Assembly: GCA_934096265.1 (NCBI GenBank)
Contig: CAKOLI010000001.1
Span: 141,512-205,511, forward strand
DNA length: 64,000 nucleotides
From: an uncultured Bacilli bacterium
GTDB lineage: Bacteria > Bacillota_I > Bacilli_A > RF39 > UBA660
Direction of reading: 5' to 3'
Below the pieces are notes generated by a model. It did no database searches. It saw nothing but the letters and a program-made list of their open reading frames with translations, and was not told the origin of the DNA. Numbering within the stretch: the stretch's first letter is position 1; each line of letters opens with the position of its first letter. Of this stretch, positions 9,168 to 17,801 are shown in pieces. A program made the position numbers and the translations under genes.

Positions 9168-10904
9168 ATGAAAAATTATTTAAATAAACTATATTATTAT
9201 CTTAAAAGAAAATTTAATAAAAGGAAACATGATGATGAAGAACCTATTAATATGCACCTAGAATATCCAGATATTAGCTTATATGAATTAATAGAAAATA
9301 CCGCGAATAAATATCCAAATAACATTGCCTATGAATACTATGGCCATGTTGTAACTTATAAAGATTTTATTAAGAAAATCAAAACCACTGCCTCTGCCTT
9401 AAAGAAAATAGGAGTTAAAAAAAAAGATAGAGTAACTATATGCATGCCTAATACCCCGAGTGCGGTTATCACTTTTTATGCCATAAACATGGTAGGAGCA
9501 ACTGCAAATATGATACACCCATTATCATCAGAAAATGAAATCCTAATGTACTTACAAATGGCAAAAAGCAAATACTTACTAGTAATAGATATGGATTATG
9601 AAAAAATCTGTAATATAATGGATAAAACAGAACTAGAACGCATCATAGTAAGCATACCCAACGAAGAAATGACAAACACTAAAAAAGCCCTTTACTGGTT
9701 CTTTACAGGAAGAAAAAACAAAATAAAACGCAACCCCAACACCATGCTATTTAAAGAATTTTATCATTTAGGGAACCCTAACGAAGATAATTTACTAACT
9801 CCTGCTTCCGCGGATGAAGAAGCGGTCATCCTATACAGTGGAGGAACCACCGGAGAACCTAAAGGCATAGTCTTATCAAATAGAAACTTTAACGCAGAAG
9901 CAATCGAATGCGAAGTAATGTGTAAAACTGCTAAAGAAGGAGACTCAATCTTATCTATAATGCCAATCTTCCATGCTTTTGGACTAGGTATATGTATTCA
10001 TACTATATTCTATATTGGCATGAAAGCAATATTAATCCCAACATTTAACGCCAAAAAATTTGGCTCACTAATTAAAAAGTATCATCCTAACTTTATAATT
10101 GGAGTACCTACCTTATTTGAAGCTCTACTTAAAAATAATAATCTAAAGAAAAATGACTTATCTTGTGTAACATGTGTTATCTCAGGCGGTGATAACCTAT
10201 CTTCTTCTCTAAAAGAAAAAGTAGACGAATTTTTAAAAACTCATGGTTCTAAAGCTCAAGTACGAGAAGGTTATGGATTAACTGAATGCGTTGGAGCTAG
10301 CTGTCTAACTCCATATAATAAATACAAAGAAAAAAGTATTGGACTTCCTTTACCAGATATAACCTACAAAATAGTAAAACCAACTACTCATGATGAAGTA
10401 GAACGTGGTATTGATGGAGAAATCTGTATAAATGGTCCAACCGTAATGATGGGATATTTAGATGACCCTAAAGAAACTTCTAACGTACTAAGAATACATG
10501 ACGATGGCAAACTTTGGCTACATACAGGAGACTTAGGATGCATGGATAGCGAAGGATTTGTCTACTTCAAACAAAGACTAAAAAGAATAATAGTATCATC
10601 AGGATATAACATCTATCCTAGCCATGTAGAAAATATTATCAACTCCCATCCACTAGTCCTAACATCAACCGTAATTGGTATTGACCATCCATACAAAGTC
10701 CAAGTAGCTAAAGCATATATTGTATTAAAAGAAAACGTAAAACCAAACTATACAACCAAAAAAAGCATCAAAGAACATTGCATCAAAAACTTAGCTAAAT
10801 ATTCCTTACCATACGAATATGTTTTTATTGATGAATTACCCAAAACTAAAATAGGCAAAATAGCATATAAAAAACTAGAACAAGATGCCTTAAAAAAAGA
10901 GTAA
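9168..10904 (+). CDS. AMP-dependent synthetase / long-chain fatty-acid-CoA ligase family
   Basis: AMP-binding motif YSGGTTGEPKG, plus GYGLTE, TGD and a C-terminal KxGK (KTKIGKI). Confidence 0.85.
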   Translation: MKNYLNKLYYYLKRKFNKRKHDDEEPINMHLEYPDISLYELIENTANKYPNNIAYEYYGHVVTYKDFIKKIKTTASALKKIGVKKKDRVTICMPNTPSAVITFYAINMVGATANMIHPLSSENEILMYLQMAKSKYLLVIDMDYEKICNIMDKTELERIIVSIPNEEMTNTKKALYWFFTGRKNKIKRNPNTMLFKEFYHLGNPNEDNLLTPASADEEAVILYSGGTTGEPKGIVLSNRNFNAEAIECEVMCKTAKEGDSILSIMPIFHAFGLGICIHTIFYIGMKAILIPTFNAKKFGSLIKKYHPNFIIGVPTLFEALLKNNNLKKNDLSCVTCVISGGDNLSSSLKEKVDEFLKTHGSKAQVREGYGLTECVGASCLTPYNKYKEKSIGLPLPDITYKIVKPTTHDEVERGIDGEICINGPTVMMGYLDDPKETSNVLRIHDDGKLWLHTGDLGCMDSEGFVYFKQRLKRIIVSSGYNIYPSHVENIINSHPLVLTSTVIGIDHPYKVQVAKAYIVLKENVKPNYTTKKSIKEHCIKNLAKYSLPYEYVFIDELPKTKIGKIAYKKLEQDALKKE

Positions 10905-10924
10905 TTATATAAATGAGGTGTAAA

Positions 10925-12337
10925 ATGACATTATTAGAAAAATACAAACAAGAATTTATAAAAAACTATAAACTATTCAAAAACAAGAAAACAAGAAAAC
11001 AAGAAATACCTAATATTTTAACATTATCAAGACTACTTTCTCCTATAATAATCATCCCCCTAGTATTAAAAAATAAATATAATCTAGCATTAATATTTAT
11101 CCTAATATTTGCATTAACAGATCTCCTAGATGGCTATATTGCAAGAAAATACAACTACGTTAGTAAATTAGGTAGAGAAATAGACCCTGTATGTGATAAA
11201 ATTTTTCTAGGAAGCTTACTTATTCCTTTAATCATCAAAAAACAATCACTACTTGTAAACATCCTCCTAGAACTTATAATTAGCATTATCTGTATAATTA
11301 ATAAAATTAAAGGTTATAACACTAAGGTAAATGGCTTTGGCAAATTCAAAACGGCTTTTATATACACATTAATTAGTTACACATACTTAAATCTATTTAT
11401 AAATACTAATAATAATATATATATAATCCTATACATCCTAACAATAATACTCCAAGTATCAACAATTATTACATATCTTACAAGAACTATAAAAAAAGAA
11501 CAAGAAGAAGATATACACATAAATAGCTTTGGTTATAAACTAATAAGACCTATATTTAAAGTATTTTTTAATCTCTACTTTAGACCTAAAGTAATAGGTA
11601 AAGAAAACATTCCTAAAGAAGGTCCATTCATTCTATGTGGTAACCATACCAACGTCCATGACCAATTTCCTATTATGATGAATACCAAAAGAGTAATACA
11701 CTACATCGCCAAAAAAGAATACTTTGACTCCAAAATGGGTTTCTTCTTCCGTTTTGTAGGACAAATACCAGTAGATAGAGAAAATAAAGATACAAATGCT
11801 AAAGAAGAAGCAATAGAAGTCCTAAAACATAATCATGCTCTAGGTATATTCCCAGAAGGAACAAGAAACGTCTTAGTATATAAAAATGACATTGTAAATA
11901 ATTTATACCCCCTTGTAGAACATACAGTAACTAAAGAACAATTTATCAAAATACTAAAAGATAACCAAACTAAATTATCTCAACTACATCTATTAGATAA
12001 ATTAAAAGAAACCTCTCGTATTAAACAAGAAGAATATAACTCATATCTCTTAGATTTACCAAACAAACTAAAACACTTACTAAAAAATAACGTCATAACT
12101 GAAGAAGAATATCGCAACTCATTACTTTTAGATTTTAAATATGGAGCAGTTTCTTTTGCTAGCAAAACAGATGCTTATATCTTACCATACGCCACATGTG
12201 GCAGATATCTTCATCATAGTAAAGATCTACGCATAATAATAGGAAAACCATTCAAAGTAGGAAATCTATCCCTAGAAGAAGCAAACCAAAAATTAAGAAA
12301 TACAATCATTGATATAATTATTAAAAATAGCAAATAA
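10925..12337 (+). CDS. fusion: CDP-alcohol phosphatidyltransferase (PgsA-like) + LPLAT acyltransferase with helical insert
   Basis: The N-terminal half has DLLDGYIARKYNYVSKLGREIDPVCD, which matches D-x2-DG-x2-AR-x8-G-x3-D-x3-D exactly. The C-terminal half has NHTNVHD (HX4D) and FPEGTRN. About 80 aa are inserted before FKYGAVSFA compared with the 8587 paralogue. ATG 10925 follows GAGGTG. Confidence 0.75.
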   Translation: MTLLEKYKQEFIKNYKLFKNKKTRKQEIPNILTLSRLLSPIIIIPLVLKNKYNLALIFILIFALTDLLDGYIARKYNYVSKLGREIDPVCDKIFLGSLLIPLIIKKQSLLVNILLELIISIICIINKIKGYNTKVNGFGKFKTAFIYTLISYTYLNLFINTNNNIYIILYILTIILQVSTIITYLTRTIKKEQEEDIHINSFGYKLIRPIFKVFFNLYFRPKVIGKENIPKEGPFILCGNHTNVHDQFPIMMNTKRVIHYIAKKEYFDSKMGFFFRFVGQIPVDRENKDTNAKEEAIEVLKHNHALGIFPEGTRNVLVYKNDIVNNLYPLVEHTVTKEQFIKILKDNQTKLSQLHLLDKLKETSRIKQEEYNSYLLDLPNKLKHLLKNNVITEEEYRNSLLLDFKYGAVSFASKTDAYILPYATCGRYLHHSKDLRIIIGKPFKVGNLSLEEANQKLRNTIIDIIIKNSK

Positions 12338-12353
12338 CACTTTGCTTTTTTTT
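12329..12353 (+). terminator. intrinsic terminator after the lipid operon
   Basis: Stem agcaaa (12329-12334) / tttgct (12341-12346) followed by a T8 run. It overlaps the stop codon. Confidence 0.5.
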
Positions 12354-12391
12354 CTTAATATGATAAAATTATAACTATAGGAGAGTGTAAT

Positions 12392-14323
12392 ATGAGAAAG
12401 AAAAACGGTTTTACCTTAATAGAAATAATAGTAATAATTTTACTAATTGCACTTATATCTACCATTACCATAATAACTGTCCAAGACAAAATAAATACCT
12501 CTAAAGATACAGCTCAAATACTTACTAATGATGCTCTTTTTCAAGCGGCTAATGGATATGTAACGGAATTTAAAAATAATTCTAACTCTTGGTATAAAGA
12601 ATATACAGGAAGCGTAGGGAACTATCAAGAAACAGGTAATGAATATGCTTGTACTACTATTCAAATGTTAATAGATAAAGGCTTTCTAAAAAATAACTTA
12701 AAAAATCCTTCTACTAAAGAAGATATAAATCATGATATATTTATAAAAGTAGTAAGAGATTCTCAAACTAAAGTAATCCAAAAACAAGTAATACTAGATA
12801 GTGAAGACTGTTCTAGCCTTGATGACGAACTCCCTAGTGTTACCTTTACTCCAAATGGCCTAGATATTCCACAAAGGCCACTTACAGTAACAATAACCCC
12901 TAAAGTAGGCCCATCAGGTATAAATAAAATGACATACTACCTAAAACAAGAAGGAAAAATAAAAACTACAGAGTACACCTCTACTAGTGAAGAAAATATA
13001 GAACTAAACATTGAAGGTACCGATATACATGTATGTGCAAATGTAATAAATGGTATTGACAAAACCAGTGGAGAAATATGCAGTAACTCGTTTATTATAG
13101 ATAATACTAGCCCAGTAGTTGAAAAGCTAGATTATACCCTAGGTTCTAACACAATTAAAGCCCACATTATCGAAAAAAACATAGACTCATACTGCATAAC
13201 CAAAGAAAATAATTCCACCTCTTGTACATGGCATAATATAAATGTAAATGACTTTGATATAACAGTATCAGAAAGTGCCACATACTACGTATACGTAAAA
13301 GATAAAGTAGATTTAATAAACGATAACACTACTAGTAATGTAGTAACAGTAAATATTGACTCTATCACACCATCTGTTAGTTTTAATCCTAATGGTAATA
13401 CCAATTACACAAATAGTAAAGAAGTAACAATTACCCCCGAAGTAGGAATATCATCAGTAAAAAGTATGAATTACTACATCAAAATAAATAATACTAAATA
13501 TAAAGAAAATACTTCAAATACAAAAGATGCAAAAACACTCTTAGTAGATATAGAAGGCTCTGATATATATGTATGTGCAAATATAACAAATGGTATTAAC
13601 ATACCAAGTGGAGAAATATGCAGTAACCCATTCATGATAGATAACACAAGCCCCATAGTAACCGCTACTTCCACAGTAGGTTCTTTAAATATAAATATCT
13701 CTGTAATAGAAAAAAATATTGACTCCTATTGTGTAACACAAGAAAATAGTTCCACTAATTGCACATGGACAAAAATAGCAGTAAATACATTTACTAAAGA
13801 AGCAGATGCAAGTGGCACATATAACATTTATGTAAAAGATAAAGCGGGTCACATTGGTAAAGGCCAAGTAACTATCATCCTAGAAAAAACAGCACAAATA
13901 ACCTGTACCGTCTCAAGTACAAGCAGTAGCTGTACAAAAACAGACACCATCAGTGACCTTAACAAAATAGTTAGCATAACTAGCGATACTGGTAGTGTAA
14001 ATTATACCCAAAATGGTACTTCACTAACCCTAAACTTTACAGGTGGTACCTACCAAGCAGGCACAGCCACATCATGTAACTGCACTACCACATCAACAAT
14101 ACAATGTGCATGTGGTGAGGAATGCTGTACCCCTCCAGGAGGAGGAGCCTCTGGAACATCTAGATGTGTAATGGGTCCTCCAGGAGGTTGCTTAAACTGT
14201 ACTGACATAAGCTGTGTCGCAGGAATGTGTCCATTTAATGACTGTGATACTAAAGAAACAACTTCTTGTAATACTTGTTATACATATAAATATACAGCAA
14301 CAATAAAATATATCCCAAAATAA
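12392..14323 (+). CDS. large modular type IV pilin-like protein (prepilin-type N-terminus, duplicated Ig-like module, Cys-rich tail)
   Basis: MRKKNG|FTLIEIIV is a class III signal with Gly-1, Phe+1 and Glu+5. A pilin-like head follows (..YACTTIQMLIDKGFL..). There are two 179-aa repeats and 16 Cys in the last 139 aa. Confidence 0.8.
   Translation: MRKKNGFTLIEIIVIILLIALISTITIITVQDKINTSKDTAQILTNDALFQAANGYVTEFKNNSNSWYKEYTGSVGNYQETGNEYACTTIQMLIDKGFLKNNLKNPSTKEDINHDIFIKVVRDSQTKVIQKQVILDSEDCSSLDDELPSVTFTPNGLDIPQRPLTVTITPKVGPSGINKMTYYLKQEGKIKTTEYTSTSEENIELNIEGTDIHVCANVINGIDKTSGEICSNSFIIDNTSPVVEKLDYTLGSNTIKAHIIEKNIDSYCITKENNSTSCTWHNINVNDFDITVSESATYYVYVKDKVDLINDNTTSNVVTVNIDSITPSVSFNPNGNTNYTNSKEVTITPEVGISSVKSMNYYIKINNTKYKENTSNTKDAKTLLVDIEGSDIYVCANITNGINIPSGEICSNPFMIDNTSPIVTATSTVGSLNINISVIEKNIDSYCVTQENSSTNCTWTKIAVNTFTKEADASGTYNIYVKDKAGHIGKGQVTIILEKTAQITCTVSSTSSSCTKTDTISDLNKIVSITSDTGSVNYTQNGTSLTLNFTGGTYQAGTATSCNCTTTSTIQCACGEECCTPPGGGASGTSRCVMGPPGGCLNCTDISCVAGMCPFNDCDTKETTSCNTCYTYKYTATIKYIPK
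12833..13906 (+). repeat. tandem in-gene duplication, 2 x 537 nt (12833-13369 and 13370-13906)
   Basis: Both units begin PSV(T/S)F(T/N)PNG. They share ..D I(H/Y)VCAN..SGEICSN..IDNTSP(V/I)V..IEKNIDSYC(I/V)T..YVKDK with clear nucleotide similarity. Confidence 0.8.
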
Positions 14324-14339
14324 AGAAAGGAATAATAAT

Positions 14340-14741
14340 ATGAAAGAAAAAAATAATTACCTAGCTATACTAGCTCTATCATTCTCAGTACTTTCTCTAA
14401 TATCAACAGTATTCTTATACTACGTAGTAACAAACAATTATAAAGAACTAAATGCTAATATAGATACTATAAAAAAAGAAAATACCAACACTCAAGATAA
14501 ACCAACCATGACCAAACTTCTAAATGACTTTGCCAGAAAACTAATTAATGATAACAAACTATCAAAAAAAGATTCCACTGATAACAAATTAACACTCACT
14601 TATAACGAAATGATTACTAAATACGGATTAAAAACAAACTACGAATGTATCGAAGAAGACACCTACGTAACATACACATTCTATTCTGAAAACGACAACG
14701 TTAAAGACATCTTAGTAAGTCAAAACTGTTATGAAAAATAA
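14340..14741 (+). CDS. small membrane-anchored secreted protein, paralogue of the 14731 gene
   Basis: N-terminal TM. Shares (A/Y)R(K)LIN..N(K/E)LTLT(Y/L)N(E/D)(M/L)I..C..(V/I)T(Y/I)TF..(Q/L)(N/S)C with the next gene. Confidence 0.65.
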   Translation: MKEKNNYLAILALSFSVLSLISTVFLYYVVTNNYKELNANIDTIKKENTNTQDKPTMTKLLNDFARKLINDNKLSKKDSTDNKLTLTYNEMITKYGLKTNYECIEEDTYVTYTFYSENDNVKDILVSQNCYEK

Positions 14742-15066
14742 AATAATACTCCTTATCTTAATCATCCTTACATCTACTGGTTGTAAGAAAAATACAGAAT
14801 ATAAAGAAGAAAGTATAAATACATTTATCTATAGACTAATAAATACAGGTAGTATAACTAATAAATCCGCTATCAACAATGAATTAACTCTAACATTAAA
14901 CGACCTAATAAATAACTACAACTACATCTATAAAGGTACTTGTAACAAAAATAATACAACCATAAAAATTACCTTTGATGAAGAAGGAAAAGTAGCAAAT
15001 ACAACTATAAATTTAAGCTGTGATATTAAAGAAGAAAGTAACATTCAAAATATTTATTTTGATTAA
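14731..15066 (+). CDS. small lipoprotein, paralogue of the 14340 gene
   Basis: Lipobox LTSTGC. The start overlaps the upstream stop by 11 nt. Two conserved Cys. Confidence 0.65.
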   Translation: MKNKIILLILIILTSTGCKKNTEYKEESINTFIYRLINTGSITNKSAINNELTLTLNDLINNYNYIYKGTCNKNNTTIKITFDEEGKVANTTINLSCDIKEESNIQNIYFD

Positions 15067-15123
15067 AAACATTGACAAAGCAAATTAAAAATATTATTAT
15101 ATAAATAGGTTTAAGGAGGAAAT

Positions 15124-15600
15124 ATGAAAAAAATATTTAAATTAGGAATTATTATCATATGCCTATTCATATTTACTGGATGTAATAAAAAAACAAATCA
15201 AGAAGAGCAAAAAGAATTTTATATGGGTGACACAATATCTATAAAAAACTTTGACATAACATTTTTAAATTACTCTATTAGAAAAGCTATCGGTTCTAAC
15301 GAAAAACATCAAGACTTAGTATTCTTAGAAGTAAATTTAAAAAATACTAGTAAAAAAGAGCAAAGGTTCACAAACAGTAGCTATAAAGTATTTGGACCAG
15401 ACAACACAGAACTAGATATTATATCAAATTCAAAATATACTACTTCTCTAAATAACGTAGGCAACATAAGAAGTGATGGTACCACCAGTGGACACCTTAT
15501 CTTTGAATATGCTGGATATGGTAAATATTACTTAGAATTTGTAAATACAAAAGGTTCTAAAGTAACATTAATACTTGATATCTATGAAAATATAGAATAG
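15124..15600 (+). CDS. lipoprotein, DUF4352-like
   Basis: Lipobox FTGC. The GDTISIKNFDITF..LVFLEVNLKNTS pattern is typical of DUF4352 Ig-like lipoproteins. Assigned from memory. Confidence 0.55.
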   Translation: MKKIFKLGIIIICLFIFTGCNKKTNQEEQKEFYMGDTISIKNFDITFLNYSIRKAIGSNEKHQDLVFLEVNLKNTSKKEQRFTNSSYKVFGPDNTELDIISNSKYTTSLNNVGNIRSDGTTSGHLIFEYAGYGKYYLEFVNTKGSKVTLILDIYENIE

Positions 15601-15649
15601 TAACTCCTAATGGATTACTATTTTTTTCATATGTTTTAGAAAGGAACTT

Positions 15650-16339
15650 ATGAATAATAATTTTAAAAACTTACCCAACGAAGAAAAACCCCGTGAAAGA
15701 CTAAAAAAATATGGAAGAGCAAATCTATCTAATGAAGAATTACTATCTATCATACTAAAAACAGGAACCCATAACGTACCTGTAGATGAACTATCCAAAA
15801 ACCTCCTAGTAGAATTAAAAAGCATTACTAATTTAAAAGATATAACCTTATCTAAATTAACAAGCATAAAAGGAATAGGGGAAGTAAAAGCCTTATCTCT
15901 ATATGCTTCAATCGAACTAGGAAGAAGAATTTTTCAGTCAAAACCACTTACTAAAAAATATAACATAAGTAACCCAATAGACATAATTAACTATTACAAC
16001 GACATACTAAAAGATAAATTACAAGAAGAATTTCATGTCCTATACCTAGATAGCAATAACACCATCATCTCATCCAAAAGACTCTTTATAGGAACCATCA
16101 ACCGTTCCATCGTTCATCCAAGAGAAATATTCAAAGAAGCCTATCTAAACTCTGCTTGTAAAATAGTCTGCATCCATAATCATCCATCAGGAAGTGTCAC
16201 TCCCAGCAAAGAAGATATAATGATTACTAAAAGCCTAGATGAAATAGGCAGAATACATGATATAAAACTAGTAGACCACTTAATAATAGGCCTAGACAAA
16301 TATTTTAGCTTTTATGAGAATAAATATTTAAAAAACTAA
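15650..16339 (+). CDS. radC: RadC-family JAB-domain protein
   Basis: N-terminal PRERL and HhH (IKGIGEVKA). JAMM motif HNHPSG with S..D. Confidence 0.9.
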   Translation: MNNNFKNLPNEEKPRERLKKYGRANLSNEELLSIILKTGTHNVPVDELSKNLLVELKSITNLKDITLSKLTSIKGIGEVKALSLYASIELGRRIFQSKPLTKKYNISNPIDIINYYNDILKDKLQEEFHVLYLDSNNTIISSKRLFIGTINRSIVHPREIFKEAYLNSACKIVCIHNHPSGSVTPSKEDIMITKSLDEIGRIHDIKLVDHLIIGLDKYFSFYENKYLKN

Positions 16340-16399
16340 ATTATACTTTTAAAAAAGATATTTATGTTATATAATAAAAATATACAAGGAGGATAAAAT

Positions 16400-17254
16400 A
16401 TGAATAAATTTAAAAAACTATCTATAAAACATATAATACTAATAATTATAGTTATCCTCCTAGGTTTACTTCTAATATTTAACTACACCCTAAAAAAAGA
16501 TAGAAAACTAAATCCCATTGAAGCCCTAGTAAAAGATACAATAACATGTGTAACCAAAGTAATACGTGCCCCAATAGACTATGTAGGCTCACTAATAAAA
16601 GACTTTAAAGAATTAAAAAATGTCCAAAAAGAAAACCAAATATTAAAAGATAAATTAGAAGAAATAGATTTTATAAATACCAAAAATACAGAACTTATGC
16701 GTCAAATAAAAAAACAACAAGAAGAACTAGGCATAGAATATAACCTAACAGAATATGAATACTTAAATAGTACTATAACAAATCGTAATATAGGATATTG
16801 GTATAACACAATTACAATCGATAAAGGAAGCTACAACGGAGTAAAAAAAGATATGCCCGTTGTAAACAAAAAAGGCTTAATAGGAAGAGTAGTAAGCACT
16901 ACTAACTTTACATCTACAGTAAAACTAATAACTACAACAGATACATCTAACAAACTATCAGTTCTAGTTACTAATCAAGAATACAATCTTTATGGTCTTC
17001 TTTATAAATATGATGAAAAAGAAAACGTCTTACTAGTAGAAGGAATAAGTAACACTGACAAAGTAAGTATAAATGACTTAGTCTATACAAGTGGCATGGG
17101 AGGTATATTTCCAAGTGGTATCTTAATAGGAAAAGTATCATCTATTAAAACAGACTCATATGGCTTATCTAAAATAATTAGAGTATCACCATCAGTAGAC
17201 TTTTCATCACTTAGTTATGTAACCATATTAAAAAGAAAGGATGAATTAAAATGA
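16400..17254 (+). CDS. mreC: rod shape-determining protein MreC
   Basis: TM plus coiled coil (ENQILKDKLEE), with beta-barrel motifs GLIGRV and GGIFPSGILIG. Confidence 0.85.
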   Translation: MNKFKKLSIKHIILIIIVILLGLLLIFNYTLKKDRKLNPIEALVKDTITCVTKVIRAPIDYVGSLIKDFKELKNVQKENQILKDKLEEIDFINTKNTELMRQIKKQQEELGIEYNLTEYEYLNSTITNRNIGYWYNTITIDKGSYNGVKKDMPVVNKKGLIGRVVSTTNFTSTVKLITTTDTSNKLSVLVTNQEYNLYGLLYKYDEKENVLLVEGISNTDKVSINDLVYTSGMGGIFPSGILIGKVSSIKTDSYGLSKIIRVSPSVDFSSLSYVTILKRKDELK

Positions 17255-17763
17255 TTTATCCTTTAATTATTATAACAATATCCTTCCTCCTAGATGGCCT
17301 AATATCCTCATACATAAACATATTCTCATCTAATATATCTATATTCTCAACAATCTATACAGTCCTAGCACTAAGCATGGTAACAAAATATATTAAAGAT
17401 GAAAAAAAATATTATCTAGTATACCTATTAACAGGCCTACTATTCGATATGGCTTATACAAACACATTTATACTTAACATGACAATATTCTTCCTCTTAG
17501 GATTAATAACAAAACACCTACTATATATCCTAACAGATAACCTTATAAATAACATCCTAATCTCATATATAAATATAGTAGTATACTACATAACTACCCA
17601 ACTAATATTAGTAATCTCAAACTATACCACTTTTAATAGTTATTTATTACTAAAAATAATTTATAGTAGCATAATTATGAGTATTATATATACTATCATA
17701 CTATATATATCAAATAGCCTATTTAAACAAAACAACTTTAAACATTACCACAAAAAGTTATAA
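17251..17763 (+). CDS. mreD: rod shape-determining protein MreD
   Basis: A 170-aa polytopic membrane protein. ATGA overlap with mreC. Position fits. Confidence 0.7.
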   Translation: MIYPLIIITISFLLDGLISSYINIFSSNISIFSTIYTVLALSMVTKYIKDEKKYYLVYLLTGLLFDMAYTNTFILNMTIFFLLGLITKHLLYILTDNLINNILISYINIVVYYITTQLILVISNYTTFNSYLLLKIIYSSIIMSIIYTIILYISNSLFKQNNFKHYHKKL

Positions 17764-17801
17764 ATAAACATAATCACTCATATTATTTACTGGTGAATAA
17801 T

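Noticed and set aside
9417-9425. An A9 run inside the acyl-CoA ligase gene and similar A8 runs (for example 30451-30480), considered as frameshift-prone contingency sites.
   Set aside because: They encode Lys runs typical of this AT-rich proteome, the reading frames are intact, and nothing suggests programmed slippage.
12346-12353. A T8 homopolymer in the spacer of the putative pilin-gene promoter, considered as a slipped-strand phase-variation tract.
   Set aside because: The T-run is adequately explained as the U-tract of the agcaaa/tttgct terminator of the upstream operon. A single sequence gives no evidence of length variation.
14132-14187. Two copies of the palindrome CCTCCAGGAGG (14132-14142 and 14177-14187).
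   Set aside because: They encode the repeated PPGG peptide motif of the Cys-rich tail. Coding duplication is the simplest explanation.
17251-17254. TGA read as Trp (Mollicutes-type code), considered because of the very low GC.
   Set aside because: Trp is consistently TGG in conserved motifs (for example AWFTW, GNGRWA). TGA terminates mreC in an ATGA overlap, and the cell-wall genes are intact. The standard bacterial code fits.
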